From Octopus bimaculoides (taxonomy: Eukaryota): a DNA stretch of 33,181 bases. The notes beneath the pieces are model-generated. The model was given only the letters and a program-made list of their open reading frames with translations. It did no database searches and was not told the origin of the DNA. This document shows, piece after piece, positions 10,491 through 22,214 of this stretch. The position numbers were made by a program, and so were the translations under genes. Location: positions 53,778,940 to 53,812,120 of the forward strand of contig NC_068993.1 in assembly GCF_001194135.2 (NCBI RefSeq), written 5' to 3'. Within the stretch, counting starts at the first letter, position 1. Each line of letters begins with the position of its first letter.

Positions 10491-11622
10491 CCAATATTTA
10501 TGGTTAACAACTTTTTTTTTAACTACGTCTATGTTTTCATAAAATCTATTCTCAACATCATTCTAAATACTAGTTAACGGTCATCACGTCTTGAACTGTT
10601 ATGAGTGTCAACTGCTTCTCTGGACAGAACAGTAGGAGTTTTCAGAAATATTCCCAGTCTCTAGTTAGGTGATCCTCGATAATGTAGCTAGAATAATATG
10701 TTCTATTAACATTCATAACAAAATACCCGAATTCAAACACCTGCGACGAATATGAACCCAGGTTCCATTTTCAGCTTAAAGTCAGATCCTTTATTCTTTT
10801 ACTGTGTTTCTTCTCCAGTTGTACCGAAAAAGAAAACTTAGGTAATTCAAGAAACCATCACAGACCCTATACTGGATGTGTGGCAGTCTCATTTTGTAGC
10901 AATCCGTTTATAGCTGACATTTAAACCTTCTTGCTAATCTATCTTCAGTAAGGATTGTAAGTTGAAGAATTTTATTTCATGCTTGTCAAGAAAACACCTC
11001 TGAAACCGTTACCCGCCATCCTAATTATTTGGGCATCTATTTATTTACTTACTGATTCGTCAAAATCCTTGTTGAGACTGTCTGGGGATTGTGACACGAC
11101 CAGAAAAAAGCAACCGGAAAATAGTGTTCTCGTGCTTTGCCAGCTGGGTCAAAATGACAGCCGTACTAACAGAAACAATTGTGGAACTCCAGAAATTGAG
11201 ATGTAACGATTGAACCTTTTAAACTGACCCTGTCTGACGACGACAACACCACAACCTCGTTTTCATATCAGTTGTATATATTAATTTCACTCAGGAACCT
11301 TATCAGCTGCGCGCCTGGCTATCTGTAGCTATTTCTCTCTCTGTAGGAATGCATGTTCCACCCGTCCTTCTCCAGTTCTCTTTCTCTGTTTTTTTCTTTT
11401 TTACCAAGTCACACAAGTCTTTCTCAAAGATTCTCATATACACATACATACACCGTACTCCGCCTTCCCCTCATACGCACATTCGCAACCACACATAAAC
11501 ACACGCATATTCCTTTAGGCTTAAGCAAAGGTTGACGAAGAGTGAATGACAAACATATTAACCATATTTTCTGTGTCTGTATATGACACCACTTGTATGT
11601 TTCTGGACTGTGCGCGCGTGTG

Positions 11623-11624
<2 letters not shown>

Positions 11625-11657
<33 letters not shown>

Positions 11658-11998
11658 NNNNNNNNNNNNNNNNNNNNNNNNNNNNNNNNNNNNNNNNNNN
11701 NNNNNNNNNNNNNNNNNNNNNNNNNNNNNNNNNNNNNNNNNNNNNNNNNNNNNNNNNNNNNNNNNNNNNNNNNNNNNNNNNNNNNNNNNNNNNNNNNNNN
11801 NNNNNNNNNNNNNNNNNNNNNNNNNNNNNNNNNNNNNNNNNNNNNNNNNNNNNNNNNNNNTATATATATATATATATATGTATGTATGTACATTCATATA
11901 TATATATGTGTATGTATATATATATGTATATATGTATATATACGTGTGTGTGTGTATGTATAGATATACATGTACAAACATGCATTCATATAAGCACA

Positions 11999-12042
<44 letters not shown>

Positions 12043-12072
12043 AATGTATAATATTTATGCATTCATACATAC

Positions 12073-12104
<32 letters not shown>

Positions 12105-12175
12105 GGGGGAAGAAGAGAGAAAGAGAGAGGGAGGGAAGGAGGGAGAGAGGGACGGAGGGAGAGTGAGAGAGAGAA
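11625..12175. repeat. Compound (AT)n/(TATG)n/(CA)n/(GA)n microsatellite block around a gap
   Basis: Directly visible. Confidence 0.95.
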
Positions 12176-13384
12176 ATAGAAAAAAGAGGAAATCAGAGAA
12201 ACAGACGGACAAAGTGAAAGAGGGCGGCAAAAAGTAGATTTTGATCGCTTTCTGTCACAGAGTAGAATAGAATGGGGGATAGAGGGGACGGATTCTCTCT
12301 ATATTTAAGTTATGAATGTGTGTATATGTGTGTGTATGCGTGTGTGTATGCGCGCGAGAGAGAGAGAGAGAGTAAGTAGTTAGTTGTCCATAAATCAGAC
12401 ATATGCACTCTGAGTATAAGTAAAAAAAGCACATATATTTTCTTATGTTGTTGAATAATATTTTACTGGTTTTGCATATAATTGATCAGTATGTTACCCT
12501 AGGTTTCGCACCGAATTTTACCAATAGACAATACGGACGACAGCAGATATGTTGCTCACCTAACGCTAGAAATATAGCAATACCTTTACACTGGAGATAG
12601 AGGCAGGATGTTCATGCAGGGTTTATAGTGAGAGCCAGCATAGTACAGAAGCCGTGGTATACGAAACAGTAAAGTCGACCAGTAACCATCGGAGCGACAC
12701 ATATATAGAGGAAATATGTTGGGGTCATGCATATAGACATACATACATATACACCTATGATGAGAAAGAAAGAAAGAAAGAAACAAACAAACAAACAAAC
12801 AAAAAAACAAAGAAACAAAGAAGAAAAGAAAGAAAGAAAGGCCAACACATAGACAGATATAAGTTTATATGCTTCTTTTATACCATGGGTTAGAAACAAT
12901 GACAGATAGTTTTGCCAACATTGAACCGCAACAAATAGCCGAAACGTCTGCTATTCACATCGTACTAGTATTGTGCTGTTCTCAACACAGTTCACCAGGA
13001 CATAACTAAATACCATAAAGTTGTACAGTTCACATCTGTTGGTAGCAGAAGGTTTTGTGGGAAGGGTTAGTCAGAACTTTGTAAGCATCGGGTGCAGCTG
13101 GGTAGGGGTGTAAAACTGAAGATATCTAATCTTGAAACATATATACGGAAGTTTGTGCCAGTGTTACTTGATTTTATTCTAACTCATTGACCCCTCCTCT
13201 TCCTCCTCCATCTTCTGCTGTTTAATCTCCTCCTTTTCTGTTTCTTTGTTTCCTTGTAGTTAAATTGTGATTAAATGAAATTTACTCAGTAAACTAAAAA
13301 AAAATAAAGTCAATAATAATCATGAATGACTTTGTTACAGCCACCGATTTATTGACGTCATTAGCAATATGAGAATAGTGTTAA

Positions 13385-14050
13385 TCTTTTCTGCTACAGG
13401 CGGCACAAGGCCTGAAATTTTGAGGAAGGGGTGAGTCAATTTCATGAATTCCAGGGCTCAACTGCTACATATTTTATTGACTCTGATTGAATGAAAGGCA
13501 AAGTCGACCTCGGCAAAATTTCAAATCAGAACGGAAAGACGGACAANNNNNNNNNNNNNNNNNNNNNNNNNNNNNNNNNNNNNNNNNNNNNNNNNNNNNN
13601 NNNNNNNNNNNNNNNNNNNNNNNNNNNNNNNNNNNNNNNNNNNNNNNNNNNNNNNNNNNNNNNNNNNNNNNNNNNNNNNNNNNNNNNNNNNNNNNNNNNN
13701 NNNNNNNNNNNNNNNNNNNNNNNNNNNNNNNNNNNNNNNNNNNNNNNNNNNNNNNNNNNNNNNNNNNNNNNNNNNNNNNNNNNNNNNNNNNNNNNNNNNN
13801 NNNNNNNNNNNNNNNNNNNNNNNNNNNNNNNNNNNNNNNNNNNNNNNNNNNNNNNNNNNNNNNNNNNNNNNNNNNNNNNNNNNNNNNNNNNNNNNNNNNN
13901 NNNNNNNNNNNNNNNNNNNNNATATATATATATATATATAGGTGTATAGTAATTTGAAATATGAGTGTGTATATCTATGTATATGCGAAGACGAACGAAA
14001 TATCGATAAGCATTTTGTCCGGAGTGTCAACTATCCTGCCAGCTCGCCAC
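13385..14050 (-). mobile_element. SINE family A split into 13385-13546 (3' part) and 13984-14050 (head) by a gap-containing insertion
   Basis: The left part ends ..CAGAACGGAAAGACGGACAA. The right part resumes GAAGACGAACGAAATATCG..TGCCAGCTCGCC, collinear with the 8033 copy. Confidence 0.8.
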
Positions 14051-14084
14051 TTTCTTTACAAAAGTAATAATGGTTTTAAGTTTT

Positions 14085-14222
14085 GGAACAGTTTCGGTGT
14101 TGAGTCGATTACATCGGCCCCAGTGCACAACAGGCCCGTATTTTAACGACCCCGAAAGGACGAAAGGCAAAATTCATCTCTGTTGAATTTGAACTCAGAA
14201 CGGAAAGACGGACGAAAATCAT
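14085..14222 (-). mobile_element. SINE family A fragment
   Basis: GTCGATTACATCGGCCCCAGT..GACCCCGAAAGGA..GAATTTGAACTCAGAACG is the reverse complement of the family A body. Confidence 0.8.
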
Positions 14223-14365
14223 TTTACACTGCCACCTTCTTAAGAAGAGAAATAAGAATGTTTATTTCAATAGATTGACGTTACAATACTCCTACCCAGT
14301 GTAGATATATGAGTATCATAACTGTTTTAGCTACAATAGTGGTATTTTGATACTACTACTTGTAG

Positions 14366-14452
14366 AGTCACCTACAGTTGCTATTGTAACTTCTCGAAAA
14401 AGCGTAAATTTTAAGATCATTAAATCTGCTAAGGAGTTGCCTGAGTTAACTG
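14366..14452 (+). CDS. Possible 87-nt internal exon (xSPTVAIVTSRKSVNFKIIKSAKELPELTx), unconfirmed
   Basis: Acceptor TTTTGATACTACTACTTGTAG, strong donor CTG|GTGAGT, and an open frame with phase 1-1 symmetry. I do not recognise the peptide. Confidence 0.15.
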
Positions 14453-15158
14453 GTGAGTAATTTCGGTTAGTAAAGTGACATTTATGAAGTCGTCACAAAC
14501 GTGCACTCATTCCCCTCCATGGTCACTGCAGACAAGGTCAAAATTTTCTAAATAAATAGAGGGACCGTTTATTGAATTTTTATGTAGCAGACGGTGTTCC
14601 ATCATGTTCACATAATGGGAATCACTAAAATATACATACACATACACACGCACATATACATACATACATACATACATACATGCATACATACATACATACA
14701 TAAATATATATAGTAATTTGAAATATGAGTGTGTATGTGTGTGTATATCTATGTATTTGTATATCTGTGTTTATGTACAAACATTTATATATATATACAC
14801 GCAATTATGTGGCAAGGCCTCAACATATATATACATACATACATATATATNNNNNNNNNNNNNNNNNNNNNNNNNNNNNNNNNNNNNNNNNNNNNNNNNN
14901 NNNNNNNNNNNNNNNNNNNNNNNNNNNNNNNNNNNNNNNNNNNNNNNNNNNNNNNNNNNNNNNNNNNNNNNNNNNNNNNNNNNNNNNNNNNNNNNNNNNN
15001 NNNNNNNNNNNNNNNNNNNNNNNNNNNNNNNNNNNNNNNNNNNNNNNNNNNNNNNNNNNNNNNNNNNNNNNNNNNNNNNNNNNNNNNNNNNNNNNNNNNN
15101 NNNNNNNNNNNNNNNNNNNNNNNNNNNNNNNNNNNNNNNNNNNNNNNNNNNNNNNNNN

Positions 15159-15209
<51 letters not shown>

Positions 15210-15497
15210 GCGTGTATCTGAAGGCATGCGTATGGGCGTACGCATACCCATGTAGCGTGTGTGTTCTGTTACTCAGAGAAGCTGTTTGTAGCTGTAGCAT
15301 GATGTTTGTGTTAGAGATAGGGTTTCACGTTCAGACGCCGCTTAAATGTCTGTCTAAATAAAAGAAACCCAGGAAAATACAAGGCATGAAAACCCCCGAG
15401 TGGCCTGTGTACATGTATAATTACAATTGGATAGATTAATATTTAGACACACACACACACACACATATATACATTCACACACATGCATACACTCACA

Positions 15498-15865
15498 CAT
15501 ACTCGCACCCACGTACATGAGTATCGATGCGTGGAAAACAATTCCTCATTGACATACACTGCACACGCACACGTATTAGCACCAACACGCATGCATAGAC
15601 ACACACACACACACACACACGTACATACGCGCAAACACGCACATGCATTCGCATAGACATCACATATATACGCGTGCAAATAGATTTACATACGTTATAT
15701 TGCAGATAATCATACACACATACATGTAAACAGAAGCACACATACTCTCTCACACACATCACACGCAACCACACACACACATCCACGTGCATAAGTACCG
15801 ATGCGTGGAAAATAATTTGTCATTGACATATACTGCACACGCACACGCATATAAACACAGACACA
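15498..15865 (+). repeat. Diverged direct duplication, period about 274 bp, embedded in a CA-rich tract
   Basis: ..CGATGCGTGGAAAA(C/T)AATT..TCATTGACATA(C/T)ACTGCACACGCACACG occurs at about 15525 and 15799. Confidence 0.8.
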
Positions 15866-15878
15866 CACACACACACAC

Positions 15879-15920
<42 letters not shown>

Positions 15921-16371
15921 NNNNNNNNNNNNNNNNNNNNNNNNNNNNNNNNNNNNNNNNNNNNNNNNNNNNNNNNNNNNNNNNNNNNNNNNNNNNNNNN
16001 NNNNNNNNNNNNNNNNNNNNNNNNNNNNNNNNNNNNNNNNNNNNNNNNNNNNNNNNNNNNNNNNNNNNNNNNNNNNNNNNNNNNNNNNNNNNNNNNNNNN
16101 NNNNNNNNNNNNNNNNNNNNNNNNNNNNNNNNNNNNNNNNNNNNNNNNNNNNNNNNNNNNNNNNNNNNNNNNNNNNNNNNNNNNNNNNNNNNNNNNNNNN
16201 NNNNNNNNNNNNNNNNNNNNNNNNNNNNNNNNNNNNNNNNNNNNNNNNNNNNNNNNNNNNNNNNNNNNNNNNNNNAACATATATAGTGTAACATGCTTAA
16301 GGAAAAAAAAAAGGACAATATTCGGATGCTACAAATCTGTATAGAAACAGAATTTTGAACAGACACGAATA

Positions 16372-16621
16372 CAGTAATCCTTCGCCATATTACGGTTCAC
16401 CTATCGCGGTTCACCTATTGCGGTTCACCTATCGCGGTTCACCTATCGTGGTTCACCTATCGCGGTTCACCTATCGCGGTTTATTATTTAAGCTTACGTC
16501 GATTCCTCCATGGTGTTGTTTTGCATTTATAATAAAATAAATAAATACAAATGATAAAAATAATTTTTAAACTATACAGTACAGTACTGTTTCTACATCG
16601 CGGATTTTCACCTATCGCGGG
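16372..16621 (+). mobile_element. Tigger/pogo-like MITE, right TIR missing, containing six 14-bp repeats
   Basis: Starts TA|CAGTAATCCTTCGCC. (CGGTTCACCTATCG)x6 spans 16393-16476, and a subterminal ATCGCGGATTTTCACCTATCGCGG lies at 16597-16620. Confidence 0.65.
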
Positions 16622-16689
16622 TTAGCATAAATTCTCTTGACTCTTCATTTTCTCTATTTTTTTTTATTTGGGTACCGGTTGCTCGAGAC

Positions 16690-17200
16690 TTCCGGTTATT
16701 TGAGAACCGTACACTGGAGTCTAGAATACGTTTGCTCGCTTGCTTCGTGCCTATCCCAACAGAAACCGCTTTTCTTTTCCTTCCATCTCTCACTCCTACA
16801 CGTTATCCCCTCAACACACCAGCCTACAGCACTTCAGTCGGACCTCATCGCTTCCGATCTTCCTAAACACCTACTCTAACAAGTGCACCCGCAATCTGAG
16901 TGATTTATTGGCACATTCATAGGCTTATCCTTGATTCTTTGCCTGTCCCCGCATCCGTTGCCATTCAAACAAGAACCATTGCCTGAGAATCTCGTGCTCC
17001 ACACTACAAATAGTAACGTCCTTTACTCTATTAAATGCCACCTGTCACCTGTGGCCCACCGTTTCAGCTCAGTTGATCAATCTTCTCTATATCTTCCAAT
17101 CTCTGGTATTCTCCTACACCATCGTTCTCCTGTAGCTTGGCTACAACCCAAATAACTTACTCTCCGCCTTGGCACAACACATCCACATGGCTTAAACAAG
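16690..17200 (+). pseudogene. Penelope-like element ORF C-terminus (linker plus GIY-YIG region, internally deleted and frameshifted)
   Basis: Motifs across frames: GYLRTVH.., ALQSDLIAS, KCTRNLSDLLAHS, FACPRIRC, TNSNVLYSIKC, SPVAHRFSS and LRLGTTHPHGLN. These match the PLE series Y.R..NL.D.LVHS / C.R.RC / SNVIYCI.C / PVA.HF / LGT..P.GLN. Confidence 0.8.
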
Positions 17201-18260
17201 CTTCTCGTTGGTTACATAGGTTCACAAACGCGCGTGCACACACACACAACACATCCGCGTACCTAAACATACATCACCACTACCCATGCACCCAGCTCAA
17301 ACACAAAAACACGTACGCTGCTTCCAAATACACACAGACGTACTGAATAACTTCACACGCACTACACACGCACCTCACTCTAAAAGCATACAAACGCACT
17401 ACCTCCAAATACCTATACACAGCTTACACCGACTCCCATCCTTCACACACATACATATGCATACATACAGATAACACACAACATTTTGTGCGTCTGCATT
17501 CCTCTTACGTCTTGGCACACTCGCCAACGTTCTTCTGTCTCGGTACACGCGCCAACGTCTCCCTGTCCTCTAATATTTATCCTGTATTTATCATACACGT
17601 CACACATACACGCATGCACGCACACACGCGCGCGCGCCACACGTTTCCATTCACTACTCAATATATCATAACACACAGGCTTACACACGCCAATCGTTCT
17701 AGTCATAAAATCTGCACAGCAATACATACACATACTCACTACAAATTTTCCATTTACTACACAATAACGCTTTTCATACACGCACATCCCTACACATGAA
17801 CACACAGCACATCCAAAACTTACGAAGTAATGCTACATCATTGCACTCACACCCACACGCACACCACCTCATAAACACACACACACATTTCCACATGCAC
17901 ATCAGTTGCCTTCGTGCACAAAGGCACAATAATCTATTCTTCTTTGCTAAAGAACTACTCGCTCGTTAATTGTCTCTCTCGACAAATAATCTACTTTTTG
18001 TGAAAATAGGTTCTTTCCCCATCCACCCCCGTCCATCATACATTTCATACACGTATCTTTGACGACAAATCTAAAATCGTGAGAGGGAACTTTCTCCTCT
18101 TTTCTTATTTTATCATTTTCTTCTTTTCTTCTCTGTTCTTTTTTTTTCTTGTTGTTGATGAAGGACTATTCTCCGAGACGTTGAACACTTCATATTTCTT
18201 TCTTGTAAATTAAAATGCTATACAGTGCATTTTCGTTTTTTGTGATTTGCTCCCGTTTTT
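17201..18260 (+). mobile_element. Penelope-like 3' UTR / pseudo-LTR (CA-rich, then T-rich)
   Basis: Follows the PLE ORF end and contains a decayed hammerhead motif at 18151-18188. The right boundary is approximate. Confidence 0.55.
18151..18188 (+). ncRNA. Decayed minimal hammerhead ribozyme
   Basis: gttg-TTGATGA-a-gga(ctattc)tcc-GAGA-cgt-t-gaacac. Two core substitutions (C3>T and GAAA>GAGA), so it is probably inactive. Confidence 0.5.
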
Positions 18261-18299
18261 TTTATTTTTCCGTTTTGTTTTGATCCTGAAAATTTTCAG

Positions 18300-19490
18300 T
18301 GGATTTCTGATATCGCTGACGCAATGAAATCATTTACGGAATCATGATAACACTCTACGAAGAAAAAAGAATGAACAAAATGAAGGACAAAACTGGTGAA
18401 CAAAACAAAAGGCATTCGTAGAACTTCAGGTGACTAGAATGAAATAATGGAATCAGATGCTCCTGATACTTAGAAAGAAATTGTTGGAAGATATGACTTG
18501 GAAAATACCAACAACAGCAGATAAAATTAGAAATCAAAGAAAAACAACATAGAAACATTATACTAAATATGAATTGTCAAGAACTCTAACTTGGCATTTA
18601 TCTAGAGGAGCAAATAACGGATATATTATAATGGTTATTTAGCACGAGGGGTATATAATAATTATTTATCTAAAGGAATATATAATAATCAACTCAATTT
18701 TATTATCCATTAAATATCATCAGTCAAATATGAATGGAGTAAAAACTCAGGTATTTCCAGGTACAGGTATAGGTAGTAGTCACAGATTTTTAATAATGTA
18801 AAACAAAAAGATCTCAAATAAGTCGAGAAGAACCAAAGTATAATGTAGAATATAATCTTGGAAATTTTAAAATATCGAATGAAAGAACCTGAAGCACAAA
18901 TAAGAAACTTCGCACCTTTGTTATTATCGATGCAAGTGTTGAAGAAATAACAGAAGTCTTTGAAGAAATACTAACAGCCGAAGATTTCTTGGTAAAAGGG
19001 AAAAGTTAAACAAAAAAAATTGTGATGAAAGAATAAATCTAAAATAGGAACAATACGAAAATGAAACAACAAGAATGTACCTTAGACTGGCCAATTGCAA
19101 AGTAGTAAAAGGAATTAGGAGAGTAGAAGGTACATGGATTAAAAAAAGATGTGAAGAATTCGAGTTAAATCATAGAATAAATAATTGAAGAACAACAGGC
19201 AGAATAGTTAAGACTACCTAAATGTCAAGTTCTTAAAGATAAATATAGTAACCTACTGATCAAAGCAAATAAAGTTAACTGAAAGAAGGAGAGAGTATAC
19301 TGCCAAGAGGTTTACAGGCACAAAGCGGGGGTAGGTATAATGCACTAAAGCAATTAAAGGGGATTCCGTTAAATATACAAGAGACTAAAGGAACGATTTC
19401 AGCAGAAGAAACTGATAAGCTGAAATGTAATAAATCACCTGGAACAGACAACAAGTGTAGAATTGCCGAGGTAGAAGATCCTTTTGAAAC
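18300..19490 (+). pseudogene. Decayed RTE-clade LINE pol fragment (APE endonuclease C-half to just before RT)
   Basis: A-rich strand with motifs EIVGRYDLENTNN, RTLTWHLSRG, NNQLNFII, KTQVFPGTGIGSSHRFLIM (cf. FPGADIGSDH) and ..LKCNKSPGTDN (cf. K.NKSPG.D). It has many stops and frameshifts. Confidence 0.8.
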
Positions 19491-19521
19491 ATTGTGATAG
19501 TACTTTACGTACTATCACAAT
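19491..19521. repeat. Perfect 13-bp inverted repeat ATTGTGATAGTAC-tttac-GTACTATCACAAT
   Basis: Directly visible at the end of the RTE fragment, abutting (AT)n and a gap. Confidence 0.9.
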
Positions 19522-20130
19522 ATATATATATATATATANNNNNNNNNNNNNNNNNNNNNNNNNNNNNNNNNNNNNNNNNNNNNNNNNNNNNNNNNNNNNN
19601 NNNNNNNNNNNNNNNNNNNNNNNNNNNNNNNNNNNNNNNNNNNNNNNNNNNNNNNNNNNNNNNNNNNNNNNNNNNNNNNNNNNNNNNNNNNNNNNNNNNN
19701 NNNNNNNNNNNNNNNNNNNNNNNNNNNNNNNNNNNNNNNNNNNNNNNNNNNNNNNTGAAACAGAATTTGCATCGCGTTCGAAACAGGATAGCAACTGAAA
19801 TCACTTTTAAATGATTATTATATTCTCTTCTCATTCATTTCGAAAGAGTTTAGCATAATTATTAAGATTAAGAAATAATGTTTTCGTATTTGTGCGACTT
19901 GGTCACTGACATTTCCCCATCGCATCTAGAATTTTGTCAGTGTTTTGACACATTACAATATACAATAATAGTCACAAAGAAAAACAAATTTGAATATAAC
20001 AGTTTATCAGTGCTTCAAAAAAAAAACAAAAAAACAGGCAAATACCAACACCCACCATATATTAGGGTATATTTTCGCGCACCAGTTTTCGTTAATGAGA
20101 AGATGAAATAGAAGTTGTATCTCTAACATA

Positions 20131-20200
20131 GGCCCAGGCATGGCTGTGGGGATAAGAAGCTCGCTTTGCAACTAAATGGTCGCGAGTTCAGTCCCACCGA
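20131..20200 (+). mobile_element. SINE family B head only
   Basis: GGCCCAGGCATGGCTGTGGGGATAAGAAGCTCGC..GAGTTCAGTCCCAC. Confidence 0.7.
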
Positions 20201-20282
20201 GGAGCTCGTGCATACGCGTAAACCGAGTGGTTTATTTTATTTTGTTTTGTCTTATTTTTACACATTTCTAAGATCCGGTTTA

Positions 20283-20630
20283 AGTGCAGGGATGGCAGTG
20301 TGACATGAAGTTTGCTTCGCAACCACATCACTCTGGGTTCAGTACCACGGCGTAGCATCTTGGGTAAGTATCTTCCACTATAGCCCTGGACCGACCAAAG
20401 ATTTGTGAGAGGATTTGGCTGACGGAAACTGAAAGAAGCCTGTCGTATGACAGCTGGTGTTGATTTATTTACGAACTCGTAACCTAGCTGTTCAGGATAA
20501 GAGATTGATAGAATATGTATCAGGCTTAACAGAAAAAGAAAATTAATGGGATCGATACGTTCGACTAAACCTTTCAAGGCAATGCCACAGCATGGCCGCA
20601 GTCCAATGATTGAAACAAGTAAAAGAGGAA
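20283..20630 (+). mobile_element. SINE family B, near full length, diverged
   Basis: GGGTTCAGTACCAC..CTTGGGTAAGTATCTTCCACTATAGCC..GACGGAAACTGAAAGAAGCC..GCATGGCCGCAGTCCAATGATTGAAACAAGTAAAAGA, collinear with the 8737 copy. Confidence 0.88.
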
Positions 20631-20662
20631 AATATACTAAGACGTAACTCGAAAGCTTCAGA

Positions 20663-20700
<38 letters not shown>

Positions 20701-21528
20701 GAACATACACACAGACACTCACACATACACACACACACACACATACCCACACCATACATAAATACGCATACATGCGTATTGTTACTGAACAGTGACCTAC
20801 GTTAATACACGCCTCTATTACGAAGTGTGTCAATACAAACATCTATTAAAGGGCCTGTATAAATATTAAAGTTGACTGTCAGTTTGATAATACAAAAGGT
20901 TAGCAGTCTTCTACTAAGTTTACTGGGCAACTGTTTTACATCTCTTAACTATGTCACCGATCACACTACGCCTTGTATAGCAAACTAGTGTAAGCTGCAG
21001 ACGATACGTGACACAATGTTTTGTTTTCAGTTTGGTTAAGCTAGCGTAGTTTAACCAATTTGTAGAAATAACATCTTTGTAGAAAGCTTGTCCCGGCTCT
21101 TACTATACGAATATAGTACAGAGTTAGTTTCCAGTGGTTACGCTACAAAATAAATAGTAGTACTCTTCGTTACGTTGCACAAACAGTCACACTCAGAAAA
21201 TAATGCGATTTAGATAAATGCAACTTAGAGTGATCTGCCCTTAGTTTATATTTCTTCCGTAAGGACTCGAGTATGTAGAATTTGTGTTCCGTTATGCTCT
21301 TCATGTTTCTATCAGTACCAGTGATATATTGAATAACATACTGAGTAAAGTAATTAGTTATCTCTATCTCTTCTAATTATAGGTCTTATGTCTATGATTC
21401 TAATCGTTATTTGAGAAATAATGACTAAATAACTAATCACGTAATACACATTTATTCGTACATAAATGGACAGACAAACATACACACGTATGTATGTATG
21501 TATGTATGTATATAAATAATTCACCATC

Positions 21529-21656
21529 ACTAAGAGTGACCAAGGATACAAAGGGCACCGCATTGCTAGAAATAGGAGTCAAAGACTTCAGTAGTTTTTT
21601 TTTTACTCCTATTTATAGCAATGCTGGTGCCCTTTGCACCCTTGGTGACTCTTAGT
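21529..21656. mobile_element. 128-bp foldback element (MITE-like)
   Basis: Arms 21529-21579 and 21605-21656 pair at 47/51 with one bulge, around a 25-nt loop. The ends are compatible with a TA TSD. Confidence 0.75.
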
Positions 21657-21701
21657 TACGGTAAATTATTTCCTCCTTGGTTTTAAATTGCTTCCAGCCA
21701 C

Positions 21702-21756
<55 letters not shown>

Positions 21757-21874
21757 CACGGAAAGAGAGAGAGAAATAGATATATAGCTACATACATATT
21801 TGCACATACATGGCAGTAATGAAGAGGAGACACTTATCAGCACGTGCGGTTTCAACTATGTACACAATGGTTGA

Positions 21875-21909
21875 ACTGGAGACTGGAGACTGGAGACTGG
21901 AGACTGGAG
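21875..21909 (+). repeat. (ACTGGAG)x5 perfect heptanucleotide repeat
   Basis: Directly visible. Confidence 0.95.
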
Positions 21910-22214
21910 CCAGCTATCGCAGATCGCGCAATTATCTAGAGAAATGTCAGTGAATCTTTGAGTTGAACCAAAACCTGTATTAATTCTACAAAAAAGGCCA
22001 AGACGACTCATGATTGTGATTATATAAAAACAACGACCCGGTGTAAGCAAAACAGGTATGATATCGTTGTTTGGAGCAGGGAGAAAAATTAGTGCATCGT
22101 TGTAGAGACTCGTTGGCCAGCTGATGTGAATGTATTTTCAAAAACCAGGAAAAGGCGACCATCTAGGGAGAAGTGATATGAGAAACCTATAGCTCTTATA
22201 TCCAGGCTGTAGTT

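Noticed and set aside
12570-12893. Roughly 108-codon open frame
   Set aside because: Half of it is low-complexity repeat, with no convincing splice donor or homology.
12920-12956. GCCGAAACGTC, a hammerhead 3' half
   Set aside because: The upstream CTGANGA box and the 5' side of stem II are not recognisable.
16393-16476. 14-bp repeat array as CRISPR-like
   Set aside because: It is head-to-tail with no spacers, in a eukaryotic context, and is part of a MITE.
17950-18085. Two further hammerhead-like traces in the PLE UTR
   Set aside because: The core boxes are too degenerate to support a call.
21032-21058. 12-bp hairpin TTGGTTAAGCTA-gcg-TAGTTTAACCAA
   Set aside because: Short and AT-rich, plausible by chance, with no supporting context.
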